A stretch of DNA of 64,000 nucleotides. It comes from an uncultured Methylomirabilota bacterium. GTDB lineage: Bacteria; Methylomirabilota; Methylomirabilia; Methylomirabilales; 2-02-FULL-66-22. Positions 1 to 9,715 of the stretch are shown in pieces. The position numbers and the translations under genes were made by a program. Within the stretch, counting starts at the first letter, position 1. Every line of letters begins with the position of its first letter. Under the pieces are notes generated by a model, which was given only the letters and a program-made list of their open reading frames with translations, was not told the origin of the DNA and did no database searches. The stretch lies in assembly GCA_963845565.1 (NCBI GenBank), contig CAWJSJ010000002.1:1792001-1856000 (forward strand), written 5' to 3'.

Positions 1-585
1 CGGACAGGGCGCTGACGCTGGACATGGGGCGCTGCCTGTTCTGTGCCGATTGCGCGGCGGCCTGTCCGGAGAAGGCGCTCCGATTCACCCGCGAGCACCG
101 CCTGGCCGCCTGGGCGCGGGAGGATCTGGTCCTGCGAGACCCGCAGCCGGCGCCGCAGGCGCCGTCCGATCCCGTCCGACTGTCTCTCTTCCGGCGCTCG
201 CTCAAGCTGCGCCAGGTCTCGGCCGGCGGGTGCAACGCCTGCGAGGCGGACGTGAACGTGCTGAGCACGATCGTCTTCGACCTCGGACGATTCGGCATTC
301 AGATCGTGGCCTCACCGCGGCATGCCGACGGCCTGCTCATCACCGGGCCGGTGACCGAGAACATGAAGCTGGCGCTGGAGAAGACCTACGACGCCCTGCC
401 GCCGCCCCAGCATCGTGATCGCCGTCGGCGCCTGCGCCATCTCGGGCGGGCCATACCTCGACCACCCCGAAGCGCACAACGGCGCCGCCGGCATCGTCCC
501 CGTGGACCTCTTCATCCCCGGCTGTCCTCCCCACCCCCTGACGATCCTGGACGGGCTCCTCCGCATCACGTCGCTGGAGGTGTAG
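1..585 (+). CDS. NuoB/HyfI-like hydrogenase/complex I small subunit with N-terminal 4Fe-4S region; 5' truncated, +1 frameshift near 405-410
   Basis: CLFCADCAAACP ferredoxin motif, GGCNACE, SPRHADGLLITGPVT; after the frameshift IAVGACAISGG...PVDLFIPGCPPHP to TAG 583-585. Confidence 0.85.
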
Positions 586-589
586 ACAC

Positions 590-830
590 CAAGATGCGCC
601 GCAATCCGAAAAGGGGCGCGAACCGCCAAGGGCGCCAAGCGCACCAAGGCTCGGATCGACGCCAAAGATGGGCACCTCAATCTACAAAGACGCCAAGAGC
701 GAACAGGCGGTTAGGCCGCTGAGGTATGCTCGCGCACACCGACACGCCACTCTTGGGACCTTTGGAATCCCGCGTCCCGTCTCCGCATTCCCTGTTCTCT
801 CCTGGGCGTGCTCGCGGCCTTGGCCGAGAG
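590..830. repeat. degenerate 9-mer (CCAAG-type) tandem/inverted intergenic repeats
   Basis: cgccaaggg-cgccaagcg-caccaaggc on the left; partially complementary cttgg/ctttgg units on the right. Confidence 0.5.
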
Positions 831-877
831 CAATCTCGGACCAAGGCGAACAGCGCCCGCTATCTGGCCGAGACCAG

Positions 878-906
878 TTGACGCGTGCGAGGGGATCGCT
901 TACCCT
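878..906 (+). promoter_or_regulatory. putative sigma70 promoter of TA pair
   Basis: TTGACG-17-TACCCT upstream of the DUF433 ORF. Confidence 0.4.
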
Positions 907-970
907 TCGATGGGGTGCGTGCACTGTGCGGTGAAGTTGCTCTACAGGAACGCGGACAGAGGAGTGCGAC

Positions 971-1201
971 ATGGACTGGCAAGAACACATTGTCGTGGAC
1001 CCAAAGGTCCTAGTGGGGAAGCCGACTATCAAGGGGACTCGGATCGCGGTCGAGTTTGTCGTGGACCTGCTCGCTCGCGGCTGGACCGTCGAAGAGATCC
1101 TCAAGGAATACGACCATCTGACTCGGGAGGACATCCGAGCGTGTCTCGCCTACGCCAGCGAACTACTCAGAACCGAGCGAATTTATCTGATACCTGCGTG
1201 A
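971..1201 (+). CDS. DUF433 family antitoxin
   Basis: IVVDPKVLVGKPTIKGTRIAV...EDIRACLAYA signature; GGAG RBS. Confidence 0.93.
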   Translation: MDWQEHIVVDPKVLVGKPTIKGTRIAVEFVVDLLARGWTVEEILKEYDHLTREDIRACLAYASELLRTERIYLIPA

Positions 1202-1214
1202 TCGGAGGCGTCTG

Positions 1215-1586
1215 GTGCGGTTCCTTTTGAACGAGAACATGTCGCGCACCGTCATCCGAACTCTCCGCGAGCGCGGGCACGATGTGTTGTCCGCGAAAGA
1301 ATCGCTGCAGGGGCTGCCCGACGAGGATGTCCTGGTCAGGGCTCAACAAGAGCGCCGTCTGGTCGTGACGCAAGACAAGGACTTCGGCGAGCTCGCCTTC
1401 CGCGCCCGTCTTCTGGCCGACTGCGGGGTGATCTTGTTCCGACTTGCAGGAGCCAATCCCGACCAGGACAATCGACGTGTTCTGGAGGTGCTCGAAAGCA
1501 CAACAGAATGGGTGGGACAGTTCGCGGTCGTGACACAACATCAAGTGCGCATCCGCGCCCTGCCCCCGCCGACGGTGGAGGGCTAG
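1215..1586 (+). CDS. DUF5615 PIN-like toxin
   Basis: MRFLLNENM...GHDV...D..VL..A..ERRLVVTQDKDFGEL; adjacent to DUF433. Confidence 0.9.
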   Translation: MRFLLNENMSRTVIRTLRERGHDVLSAKESLQGLPDEDVLVRAQQERRLVVTQDKDFGELAFRARLLADCGVILFRLAGANPDQDNRRVLEVLESTTEWVGQFAVVTQHQVRIRALPPPTVEG

Positions 1587-1668
1587 CGGCTGGAATACGG
1601 GACGGGCTACCTTGATAAGTATGACAGGTAGCACTCCATGGTTATTCCGAATTGGTTTTACTTTCCGT

Positions 1669-1970
1669 CTCGGACGGTTCGGAATCCAGATCGTGGCCTC
1701 CCCGCGGCATGCCGACGGCCTCCTCATCACCGGGCCGGTCACCGAAAACCGACGCTGGCGCTGGAGAAGACCTACCGCGCCCTGCCGCCGCCCCGCGTGG
1801 TGATCGCCGTCGGCGCCTGCGCCATCTCGGGCGGGCCCTACCTCGACCACCTCGGAGCGCACAACGGCGCCGCCGGCATCGTCCCCGTGGACCTTTTCAC
1901 CTCCGGCTGTCCACCCCATCCGCTCACGATCCTGGGCGGGCTCCTCCGCATCACGTCGCTGGAGGCGTAG
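1669..1970 (+). pseudogene. duplicated 3' end of the NuoB-like gene (direct repeat of 282-585)
   Basis: near-identical DNA to 282-585, no start codon, 1-nt deletion near 1750. Confidence 0.9.
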
Positions 1971-1977
1971 GCGGGGG

Positions 1978-2083
1978 TTAGGAGCCGTTACGAAATTACC
2001 TGGTCCATCTCTTTCTATTTCGTTACGGCTCCTTATGCCGTTCCCGGATTTCTCCGGTCAAGTAATTCCTTAACAACGGCTTA
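1978..2083 (-). mobile_element. ~105-bp bipartite palindromic MITE/REP-like element, copy 1
   Basis: TTA-GGAGCCGTTACGAAAT...ATTTCGTTACGGCTCC-TTA-TGCCGTT...AACGGC-TTA; four other copies in window. Confidence 0.8.
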
Positions 2084-2279
2084 CTCCTATGGTCGTTTTT
2101 ATGTACGTTACGCCGCCCCGGTATGAGACTATTCGCGGCGTTCGCCGGCCGTCGAAACAAAGCGTGACACGCCGCGGCCGCAAGACGCAACCGGGTGAGT
2201 CAACAACGGCGCACTCCTGCGAACGTACCGTGACGTCCGTTATCGAGGCGACGCCGTCTTGTGGGAAGGGGAGGGGCGT

Positions 2280-3584
2280 ATGGATCGCAGCGAAATGAAG
2301 CGCCGGGTGTGTGACACGATTGATGGTCATCGCGACGTCATCATCGCGCTCGGGCGGACGATCCGGGACAACCCGGAGCTGGGGTTCAAGGAGCAGAAGA
2401 CCGCCGCGACGGTGGCGAAGATGTTTGCCGCCCACGGCATTCCGTGCCAGGAGGGGCTTGCGATCACCGGGGTGAAAGGCATCCTGACGGGGGGCGCAGC
2501 GGGGCCGACGGTCGGGATCCTCGGCGAACTCGACTCCCTGCTCTGCGCGGACGCCCCCTTTGGGGACAAGACGACGGGTGCCGCCCATACCTGCGGGCAC
2601 AACGCGCAGATCGCGACCTGCGTGGGGGCGGGGCTGGGTCTCAAGAGCTCGGGGGTCATGGAGCAACTCGCGGGCCGCGTCGCCTGCTTCGCGGTGCCGG
2701 CCGAGGAGTTCGTGGAGATCGCAGACCGTCTGGAGCTCAAGCGACAGGGGAAGATCGAGTTCCTGGGCGGGAAGGCGGAGCTGGTCCGGCTGGGCCACAT
2801 GGACGACATCCAGATGGCGATGCTGGTCCACGCGGCGGCGTTTTCGCCCGGGCCGAAGCTGCTGCACGGGTCGACCAGCAACGGCTTCGTCGCCAAGATG
2901 ATCCGGTTCAAGGGCAAGGCGTCCCATGCCGGGGTGGCGCCGGAGCAGGGGATCAACGCGCTCAACATCATGGCGCTGGCGATCATGAACATCAACGCGC
3001 AGCGAGAGACCTTCCGGGACGACGACACGATCCGCGTCCATCAGATCGTGACGCGGGGTGGGGATCTGGTGAATATCGTCCCCGAGGACGTCCGGATGGA
3101 GATGTTCGTCCGCGGCAAGACCGTGGAAGCGATTCAGGATGCAAATCGAAAGATCAATCGAGCGCTGAAAGCGGCGGCCATGGCGCTGGACGGGGAGGTG
3201 GAGATCCAGACACTTCCCGGATACCTGCCGCGCATCAAGGAGACTGCCGTGACGGGCCTCTTGGCCGACAATTTTTCCGCGCTGATCGGTCCGGACCGCC
3301 TGGAGATCGAGGGGCACATCACGGGTTCCTCGGACACCGGGGATCTCTCCCACCTGATGCCGATGGTCGAGGTGAAGTCCGGCGGGTTCCATGGCGGCCT
3401 CCACACCGCCGCCTACGGCGTGGCCGACGAGGAGCAGGCCTACATCGTCCCGGCCAAAGCCATGGCGATGACGGCCGTGGACCTTCTCGCCGACCATGCG
3501 ACAGTGGCAAATCGCATCCTGGCCGACTTCACGCCGAAGATGTCGAAGGCGGAGTATCTTGCGTGTCTTCGCGAGGTCGAGTGA
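2280..3584 (+). CDS. M20 family amidohydrolase/peptidase
   Basis: NPELGFKE, GELDSL, HTCGHNAQ, PAEE, GKASHAG, GSSDTGDLS motifs. Confidence 0.92.
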   Translation: MDRSEMKRRVCDTIDGHRDVIIALGRTIRDNPELGFKEQKTAATVAKMFAAHGIPCQEGLAITGVKGILTGGAAGPTVGILGELDSLLCADAPFGDKTTGAAHTCGHNAQIATCVGAGLGLKSSGVMEQLAGRVACFAVPAEEFVEIADRLELKRQGKIEFLGGKAELVRLGHMDDIQMAMLVHAAAFSPGPKLLHGSTSNGFVAKMIRFKGKASHAGVAPEQGINALNIMALAIMNINAQRETFRDDDTIRVHQIVTRGGDLVNIVPEDVRMEMFVRGKTVEAIQDANRKINRALKAAAMALDGEVEIQTLPGYLPRIKETAVTGLLADNFSALIGPDRLEIEGHITGSSDTGDLSHLMPMVEVKSGGFHGGLHTAAYGVADEEQAYIVPAKAMAMTAVDLLADHATVANRILADFTPKMSKAEYLACLREVE

Positions 3585-3811
3585 ACTGGCCCTCCGGAAA
3601 CCCCTCGTAATCGGCCGGTGATGGTCCGTCACGGCAGTTGTCAGCGTTCGACGCGCTGCCGAGTCAGGCGACTCCGATCAAGACCTCTCTCCGCCTCGCT
3701 GCCATGAATAGGTCAACAAAGGGCCCTTACGACGGTATAGTATACACGTCCTGCAGCGCGCAATCCGCGCCAGGACCACTCGCGGGCACTTCCAGCAGAA
3801 AGGACCAGCGA

Positions 3812-4480
3812 ATGCAGACCGAGCCCACGCTCACCATCGAAATCGTCTCGGACATCGTCTGACCCTGGTGCTTCATCGGCAAGCGGCGCCTGGAATCCGC
3901 GCTGCGGATGTACCACGACCGCAGGCCCGATGAGGAGAGGCCGGCCGTGCGCTGGCTGCCGTTCCAGCTCAACCCGGACTTACCGGCCGAGGGCATTCCG
4001 CGGCAGGAATACCTCGAGCGCAAGTTTGGCCCCGGCCACGCCCACAGCTACGCGCGCGTGGCGGGCGTCGGCAGGGAAGTCGGCATCGACTTCGCGTTCG
4101 ACCGCATCACGGTGCAACCGAACACGCTCAACGCGCACCGGGTCATGCTCTACGGGGCGAAGCAGGGGCGCGAAGACGCGGTCGCGGAACATCTCTTCCG
4201 CGCCTATTTTCTGGAGGGTGCCGACCTCACCGACCGGGCGGTGCTGACTCGCGTCGGCGAACATGCCGGCCTGGATCGCGCGGCACTGGCCGCCCACCTG
4301 GCCTCCGAGGATGGCCGGGAGGAAGTGCTGGGGGCCGACCTCGAAGCCCGGCAGGCCGGCATCAACGGGGTGCCCTGCTTTATCTTCAATCGCCGCACCG
4401 CGGTGTCAGGCGCGCAGGCGCCTGACACGCTCCTTCAGGCGATGCTGCAGGCCCGACCCCGGGAGGAGGAGCGGCGATGA
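3812..4480 (+). CDS. DsbA/FrnE-family thiol oxidoreductase, probable selenoprotein (UPWC; in-frame TGA 3860-3862)
   Basis: MQTEPTLTIEIVSDIV-TGA-PWCFIGKRRL continues in frame into PFQLNP...PNTLNAHR...GINGVPCF...SGAQ. Confidence 0.88.
3874..3910 (+). promoter_or_regulatory. candidate bacterial SECIS hairpin
   Basis: GCGGCGC-CTGGAATCC-GCGCTGC stem-loop starting 20 nt after the TGA, with a lower CATC/GATG stem. Confidence 0.55.
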
Positions 4481-4687
4481 TACCAGAGGCCTTGCCACCC
4501 CCCCAGTGGGACCAGTAATCCGATAGCAGAGGACTTCCACTCGCAGGGTTTCCACACCGGCCGGACCGCGTCCCGGATGTCGCGGTAGCGCGTCCCCGCC
4601 TCGTAGGCGTGGCGGATCGCCGGAGCAAGGACCTTCTCGTAGAGCGCCTGCTCCATATCCCGCGCGGAGCGTCCGGGGACGGCGCCC

Positions 4688-5722
4688 CTAGCGGCCGACG
4701 AGCACCTTCTTGATCCAGCCGCCTCCCTTGGCGGACTCCACATTCAGAAAGCCGTCCTGCTCCTTGCCAAGAAAGATCACCTCGTCACCCTTGGCGAGCG
4801 TCGCGACCGCGTCGCTCTGCTCGGACGGCTGGGCCAAGAGCTTCACCGTGGCGAGCTTCGGGCGGAGGACGTCGCCTTCGTTGAAGACGGCGCCGGCCTT
4901 GGTCCGCTTGCCGGCTTCCTCGGCCAGCGAGGCGACGTCCCGCTGGAGGCTCGGGTTGCCGCGGACGGAGCGGACGACCCCGTTGTAGTTGTCGGCGAAA
5001 CTGGCCGCTACCACCTTGCCCTCGTTCGTGTTGGCGTAGCCACCCAGGGCGCCCGCCGTCCCGGCGCCCGCCAAGAGCCCGCCGAGGCGGAAGTCGGCTT
5101 TCTTGGCGCTACCCTCGGCTGCGGCCACCTGCAGGCTGGAACGGGCGTCGGCAAGCAGCATGCTGGTCTGGGCTTCCTTGAACTGCAGCCCGCCCGCGAG
5201 GGCCCCGATGACCCGCCCGCCGGTGCCGAACAGGCTGGCAACCCCGCCGCCGACGCCACCGGCGTTATTCTCCGAGAAGACCACCGCGGGGGTCAGGACG
5301 TAATCGGCGGTCACCATCTGCCCGCCGCCCATGTTGGAACCCTGCCGGAGTTCCCCGGACGCCGCGAGTGCGCGCTCCTGCATCAGATTCTGCATGCCCA
5401 CGCCGCGCTCGACCACGAGGAAGCAATTGGACTGTTGGACCATCAGGCGAATGAGGCCGGTCGGGGATCCCAGCTTGTACCGCGCCAGCCCCGCCAAGAC
5501 GTGCGCCTGCGGCTCCACCACGGCCACCGTCCCCATGGGTTTGTCGCAGCGATCGAGATCCGACGCCGCATCCGCCGATCCGCCCGGCCCCGCCGACCCC
5601 TGGACCGCACTCCCACCGTCACCCTTCTTCATATCGGTGATGCCCTGCGCGAATACCGTCATCCCCGTTGCGAGGATGCTTGGCAGCACCGCCGCCACCA
5701 GGAAACTCCGCGAGATTGACAT
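4688..5722 (-). CDS. exported CsgG/HfaB-like protein with C-terminal SH3-like domain
   Basis: signal peptide; QQSNCFLVVERG...ERAL..SGELRQGSNMGGGQMVTADY; C-terminal LAKGDEVIFLG...GGGWIKK. Confidence 0.8.
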   Translation of the reverse strand: MSISRSFLVAAVLPSILATGMTVFAQGITDMKKGDGGSAVQGSAGPGGSADAASDLDRCDKPMGTVAVVEPQAHVLAGLARYKLGSPTGLIRLMVQQSNCFLVVERGVGMQNLMQERALAASGELRQGSNMGGGQMVTADYVLTPAVVFSENNAGGVGGGVASLFGTGGRVIGALAGGLQFKEAQTSMLLADARSSLQVAAAEGSAKKADFRLGGLLAGAGTAGALGGYANTNEGKVVAASFADNYNGVVRSVRGNPSLQRDVASLAEEAGKRTKAGAVFNEGDVLRPKLATVKLLAQPSEQSDAVATLAKGDEVIFLGKEQDGFLNVESAKGGGWIKKVLVGR

Positions 5723-6273
5723 TGCCACCCCCTCCTTCGTGCGGCTCGGCATCGACGCCACGGGGAATCCCGCGGCGTGGGTCTGTTTGGGGCGGTCCGC
5801 GGCGACCCCAGCCCGGTCGCCGCCCGCCCAAGGACCGATACCTCCGCCCGCACATGCGAAGGCGCCTGCCCCGTGGCCCGTCGTCCTGCCAAGCGTGGGC
5901 GCGCGCCCGATGGCCCGGCGGACGAGGAGTGATGGTCTGTGACACTGGAGATCCACCGCATGGACCCGGCGTGCGGGAGGGGGTGGAACGCCGCGGCGTT
6001 CCGGCGACGCCGGATGATGCGACTGCGGACTATAGATAATAGAGGACTGGTGCGGTGTCAATTGAAATACGCGACGATTCAGGCCGACCGCGGTACCCGG
6101 CGCCGCCGGGGGTCGGCACCAGCGACACTTTCTCCCGCCAGCATGCGTAGGTCCGCCCTGCGAACCCTTCGCGTGCGGGCCCTTACTCTTCGTGCCACCA
6201 CGACTGCGAGGTGGAGACGGATGCCGTCGTTTGGCATGACAGGCACGACGGCCTGGAAGGAGCGCGATTGGGG

Positions 6274-6302
6274 TTGACACCGCGAAACTCCGTGGATACG
6301 CT
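6274..6302 (+). promoter_or_regulatory. putative sigma70 promoter
   Basis: TTGACA-17-TACGCT. Confidence 0.5.
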
Positions 6303-6414
6303 CGCGTTAACGCTCAACTCCCCCCTCCTCCTGCGAATCGCGGTGTTATACGAAAACCATGTGACATCCCGATCTGCCGTTGACCGATCCCATGCTTCCA
6401 GGAGGTCACTCCCA

Positions 6415-7770
6415 ATGCAGCACATTCTGTCGGAGGCGACTCAGCGAGCACAGCGTTACTTGGACGGATTGCCGGGGCGGCCGGTGTTTCCTGCTCCCTC
6501 CGCCTTGGCCGCGCTGAACGGCTTCGCCACCACGCTCCAGGAGCACCCAATCGAACCAGCCCAAGTCCTCCACGAGCTCGACGCGATCGGGTCCCCCGCC
6601 ACGGTGGCATCGGCCGGCGGTCGGTATTTCGGGTTCGTGATCGGTGGGAGCCTGCCAGCGGCGCTGGCGGCCAACGTCCTCGCTGCAGCCTGGGACCAGA
6701 ACGCGGTCCTCGAGGTGGCGTCGCCGGTAAACGCCACACTGGAAAAGGTCTGCCGCGGGTGGCTCACGTCCCTCCTCGGCTTGCCCCGGGAGGCCGAGGT
6801 AGGATTCGTGACGGGCGCCACGATGGCCAACTTTACCGGCCTGGCGGCGGCCCGCCACGCCGTCCTGCAGGCGCACGGATGGGATGTTGAAGCCCAGGGC
6901 CTGTTTCGCGCGCCTGAAATTACGATGATCGTGGGTCAAGAAGTCCATGCGAGCCTCCTCAAGGCGGTGAGCATGCTCGGCCTTGGTCGCGACCGCGTGG
7001 TCAGGGTGCCGGTCGACGGGCAAGGTCGGATCGTCCCTCGACAGATCCCGCCCGTGGAGGGACCCACCATCGTCTGCATCCAGGCCGGCAACGTGAATAC
7101 CGGCGCGTGCGACCCCGCGCGCGCGATTGCCGCACGGGTCCACGGGACGGGGGCGTGGCTTCACGTCGACGGCGCCTTCGGCCTGTGGGCCGCCGCCTCG
7201 CCCGAGCGACGGCACCTCGCCGAAGGGCTCGACGAGGCCGACTCGTGGGCCACCGACGCCCATAAGTGGCTCAACGTCCCGTACGACAGCGGGCTCGTCT
7301 TCGTCCGGGAGCCGCGTCACCTCAACGCCGCCATGTCGTCGAGCGCCGCCTACCTCATCGAGGGCGAGACGCGCGATCCCCACCTCTTCGTCCCGGAGCT
7401 CTCCCGGCGCGCTCGCGCGGTCGAGATCTGGGCCGCGCTTCGCTCTCTCGGAACCGACGGGCTCGCCGCGCTCATCGAAACCTCCTGCGCCCGCGCACAA
7501 CGCATGGCCACCGCCCTGCGCCGTGCCGGCTACCAAGTGCTCAATGAGGTAGTGCTCAACCAGGTCCTGGTGGCATTTGGCGATCCTGAGACGACGCGGC
7601 ATGTCATCGCGGCGATCCAGAAGGACGGTACCTGTTGGTGCGGCGGCACGGTCTGGCAGGGACAGACGGCGATGCGGATCAGTGTCTCGTCGTGGGCGAC
7701 CACGGACCACGACATCAATGCGAGTATCGAGGCGATCCTGCGCGTTGCCTCAGACGTGTGTTCTGCATAA
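6415..7770 (+). CDS. PLP-dependent decarboxylase (group II, aromatic amino acid decarboxylase-like)
   Basis: RYFGFVIGG, WLHVDGAFG, DSWATDAHKWLNVPYD; GGAGG RBS. Confidence 0.93.
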   Translation: MQHILSEATQRAQRYLDGLPGRPVFPAPSALAALNGFATTLQEHPIEPAQVLHELDAIGSPATVASAGGRYFGFVIGGSLPAALAANVLAAAWDQNAVLEVASPVNATLEKVCRGWLTSLLGLPREAEVGFVTGATMANFTGLAAARHAVLQAHGWDVEAQGLFRAPEITMIVGQEVHASLLKAVSMLGLGRDRVVRVPVDGQGRIVPRQIPPVEGPTIVCIQAGNVNTGACDPARAIAARVHGTGAWLHVDGAFGLWAAASPERRHLAEGLDEADSWATDAHKWLNVPYDSGLVFVREPRHLNAAMSSSAAYLIEGETRDPHLFVPELSRRARAVEIWAALRSLGTDGLAALIETSCARAQRMATALRRAGYQVLNEVVLNQVLVAFGDPETTRHVIAAIQKDGTCWCGGTVWQGQTAMRISVSSWATTDHDINASIEAILRVASDVCSA

Positions 7771-7826
7771 CGACATGATGGTGCCGGCCGGGCCGGCCCG
7801 GGTTAATGGGGTGTGTCCGGCCGCCA

Positions 7827-8075
7827 TCAGTCCCGCGGCGCACGATCCCATGGGCGCGCCACCACATACTGGCGGAGTTGGGGGTCTTCCGCCGGGGCCG
7901 GCACGTGGCGGCGCTCCCCGTGCCGGCGCTCCGCTGCCGGCCGCTGGTCGCCCTGGCGGCGCTCCCCGTGCCGGCGGTCACGGACAATCTGCACCGTGGC
8001 GCACGACCCGACCGTGCGACCCAACGCCTGCCGCAGGTCCTCTTGGTCCCGGGCCACGATGATCAGGGCGCACAC
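7827..8075 (-). CDS. small hypothetical protein with repeated DRR/ERR motifs
   Basis: LIIVARDQEDL...VQIVRDRRHGERRQ...ERRHGERR; start uncertain. Confidence 0.55.
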   Translation of the reverse strand: MCALIIVARDQEDLRQALGRTVGSCATVQIVRDRRHGERRQGDQRPAAERRHGERRHVPAPAEDPQLRQYVVARPWDRAPRD

Positions 8076-8185
8076 CCTGGGGGGTGTGGGGTGGCCGGGG
8101 AATGAACTGCTTCTGCGTGCCATCCCGATTTCCTCCCGCGCCCCCCATGACGGGGCGATCTGCCGCCTTGCGCGGGTCCCCGCGG

Positions 8186-8461
8186 TCAGTCGGGGACATT
8201 GCGCTGGAACGCGTGGGCCAGCGTCTCGCGGAGGCGCGCGACCAGGGCGCCATCCGGGCGCGCACATAGGATCACCCGGATGGTGAACCCGCACGTCCGG
8301 CACCGCTGATACCGAAACGTCCACCGCTCCGCCTCCTGCGGTCTCCCGAGGTCTTCCATCGCCGCATAGCAGCAGGGCCCGGACCGAGAGGGGGAGATGA
8401 TGCGCTGCGGATAATGGTTCTGCGGCGGCTTCCGATCCGTGTACTCGACGATGGTGGCCAT
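8186..8461 (-). CDS. small Cys-rich (zinc-ribbon-like) protein
   Basis: PCC...CRTCG; GAGG RBS. Confidence 0.6.
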   Translation of the reverse strand: MATIVEYTDRKPPQNHYPQRIISPSRSGPCCYAAMEDLGRPQEAERWTFRYQRCRTCGFTIRVILCARPDGALVARLRETLAHAFQRNVPD

Positions 8462-8580
8462 GGGCGCGTCCTCGTGGGTTGGACGGGTGCGCAACGCGGG
8501 TTTGTTGCGGCGCCCCGACGTGGCACGCCGCCCACCCGGGACTCCAGGTCCTGGTGGACCCGCACGGCATGGGAAGCGGC

Positions 8581-9054
8581 CTACCGCGTTCCGGCACCAG
8601 GGGTGCTGGTCTGCCAGGCCCGCACGGGCGCGACCCCCGCCCCCTCGGGGCTTTCGGAATGCGCGGCATCGGCGCGGTCCCGGGTCAGCGGGTCAATCAC
8701 GGCCTGCATGGCCGCCACCCCGCACGGCTTCCCCAGGATCGCGTCAACGAACTGCCGCTCCGGTTGGTCATGGGGGATGGTCTGCGCGGCCCCGGTCACG
8801 AGGACCACCGGAAGGCGTGGGTGCATGGCTTTCGCGAGCTGGGCTACGTCCCAACCGGTAAGGCCCGGCATGGTGAGATCCGTCAGGAGCAGGTCCACCG
8901 GCGTCTGCCGGAGGAGTGCGAGTCCGGCCGACCCGCTCTCGGCCGCGTTCACCGTGTGGCCGAGTGCTCGGAGCAGGCACGCCATCGTCGTTCGACAGGA
9001 GGGATCATCATCGATGATCAGGAGGCGTCGTGGAGCCGTCACGCGATCTCTCAT
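8581..9054 (-). CDS. stand-alone response regulator receiver protein
   Basis: LLIIDDD, DLLLTDLTMPGLTG, VLVTG, KP. Confidence 0.9.
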   Translation of the reverse strand: MRDRVTAPRRLLIIDDDPSCRTTMACLLRALGHTVNAAESGSAGLALLRQTPVDLLLTDLTMPGLTGWDVAQLAKAMHPRLPVVLVTGAAQTIPHDQPERQFVDAILGKPCGVAAMQAVIDPLTRDRADAAHSESPEGAGVAPVRAWQTSTPGAGTR

Positions 9055-9569
9055 GGCGTCCTCTGTTGCAATCCGAGGCAAGACCCTGCTTGGAATACGA
9101 TTCCGCGGACCCGCTGTGATGGCGGGGGCGGGATATCCACATTCACCCCACGGGCCCGCACCCTGATTCCGGGGGTCCATCAAACATGCAAGGCCGGATC
9201 CGTCGAGCGGTACGTTGGGCAAGACGAGGTATCAGTTATTCAAATTCAATTAGTTAGGTGTTCTGTGACAACACAGTCTCAATCGAGCCATCGTGGGAAA
9301 TCGCACGAAATATCGGAGGGGACTCCGAACGGTCGGAGTCGGAGTGTGCCCCGGAGGAACGCTGCAGCCCGGTGTCTCGCGGCGGAACACCAGTTGCCGG
9401 CCATCTCTCCGTCCGTGGAGTTTGCCCAGGCCGAGGGCTTGATGGTGTGCGGCCCCAACGCGACCAGGGGGGTCGAACATTCCCCGCGTGACACCCACCC
9501 TCCTTCTGTGATCGCGCATTTCGGGGATTGCCGTTGACACTCCTCGACCGCTCCGCTAGGTTTCCCGCC

Positions 9570-9648
9570 GAGGTTCCCGACTCTCCGGCGTGACGGATAT
9601 CGTGGCTTCCGGGGTTCCGTTACCACCTCGCGTGTGGGTGTATCCCCG
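9570..9648 (-). ncRNA. degenerate c-di-GMP-I/GEMM-like riboswitch candidate
   Basis: minus strand CCACAC-GCGA-GGTGG..ACGGAA...GGAAGCCACGATATCCG-TCACGC-CGGAGAGTCGGG resembles GEMM P2/P3 but has an insertion. Confidence 0.3.
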
Positions 9649-9715
9649 GTGGCGTCCAATACCACCGCAGAGATCAATGCCTGGTCCATCCTGGGCCGGA
9701 GGACGGAGCGTCAAC

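Noticed and set aside
6194..6255. GCGAGGTGGAGACGGATGCC, a GEMM-like string
   Set aside because: The P2 stem and conserved P3 features cannot be formed convincingly
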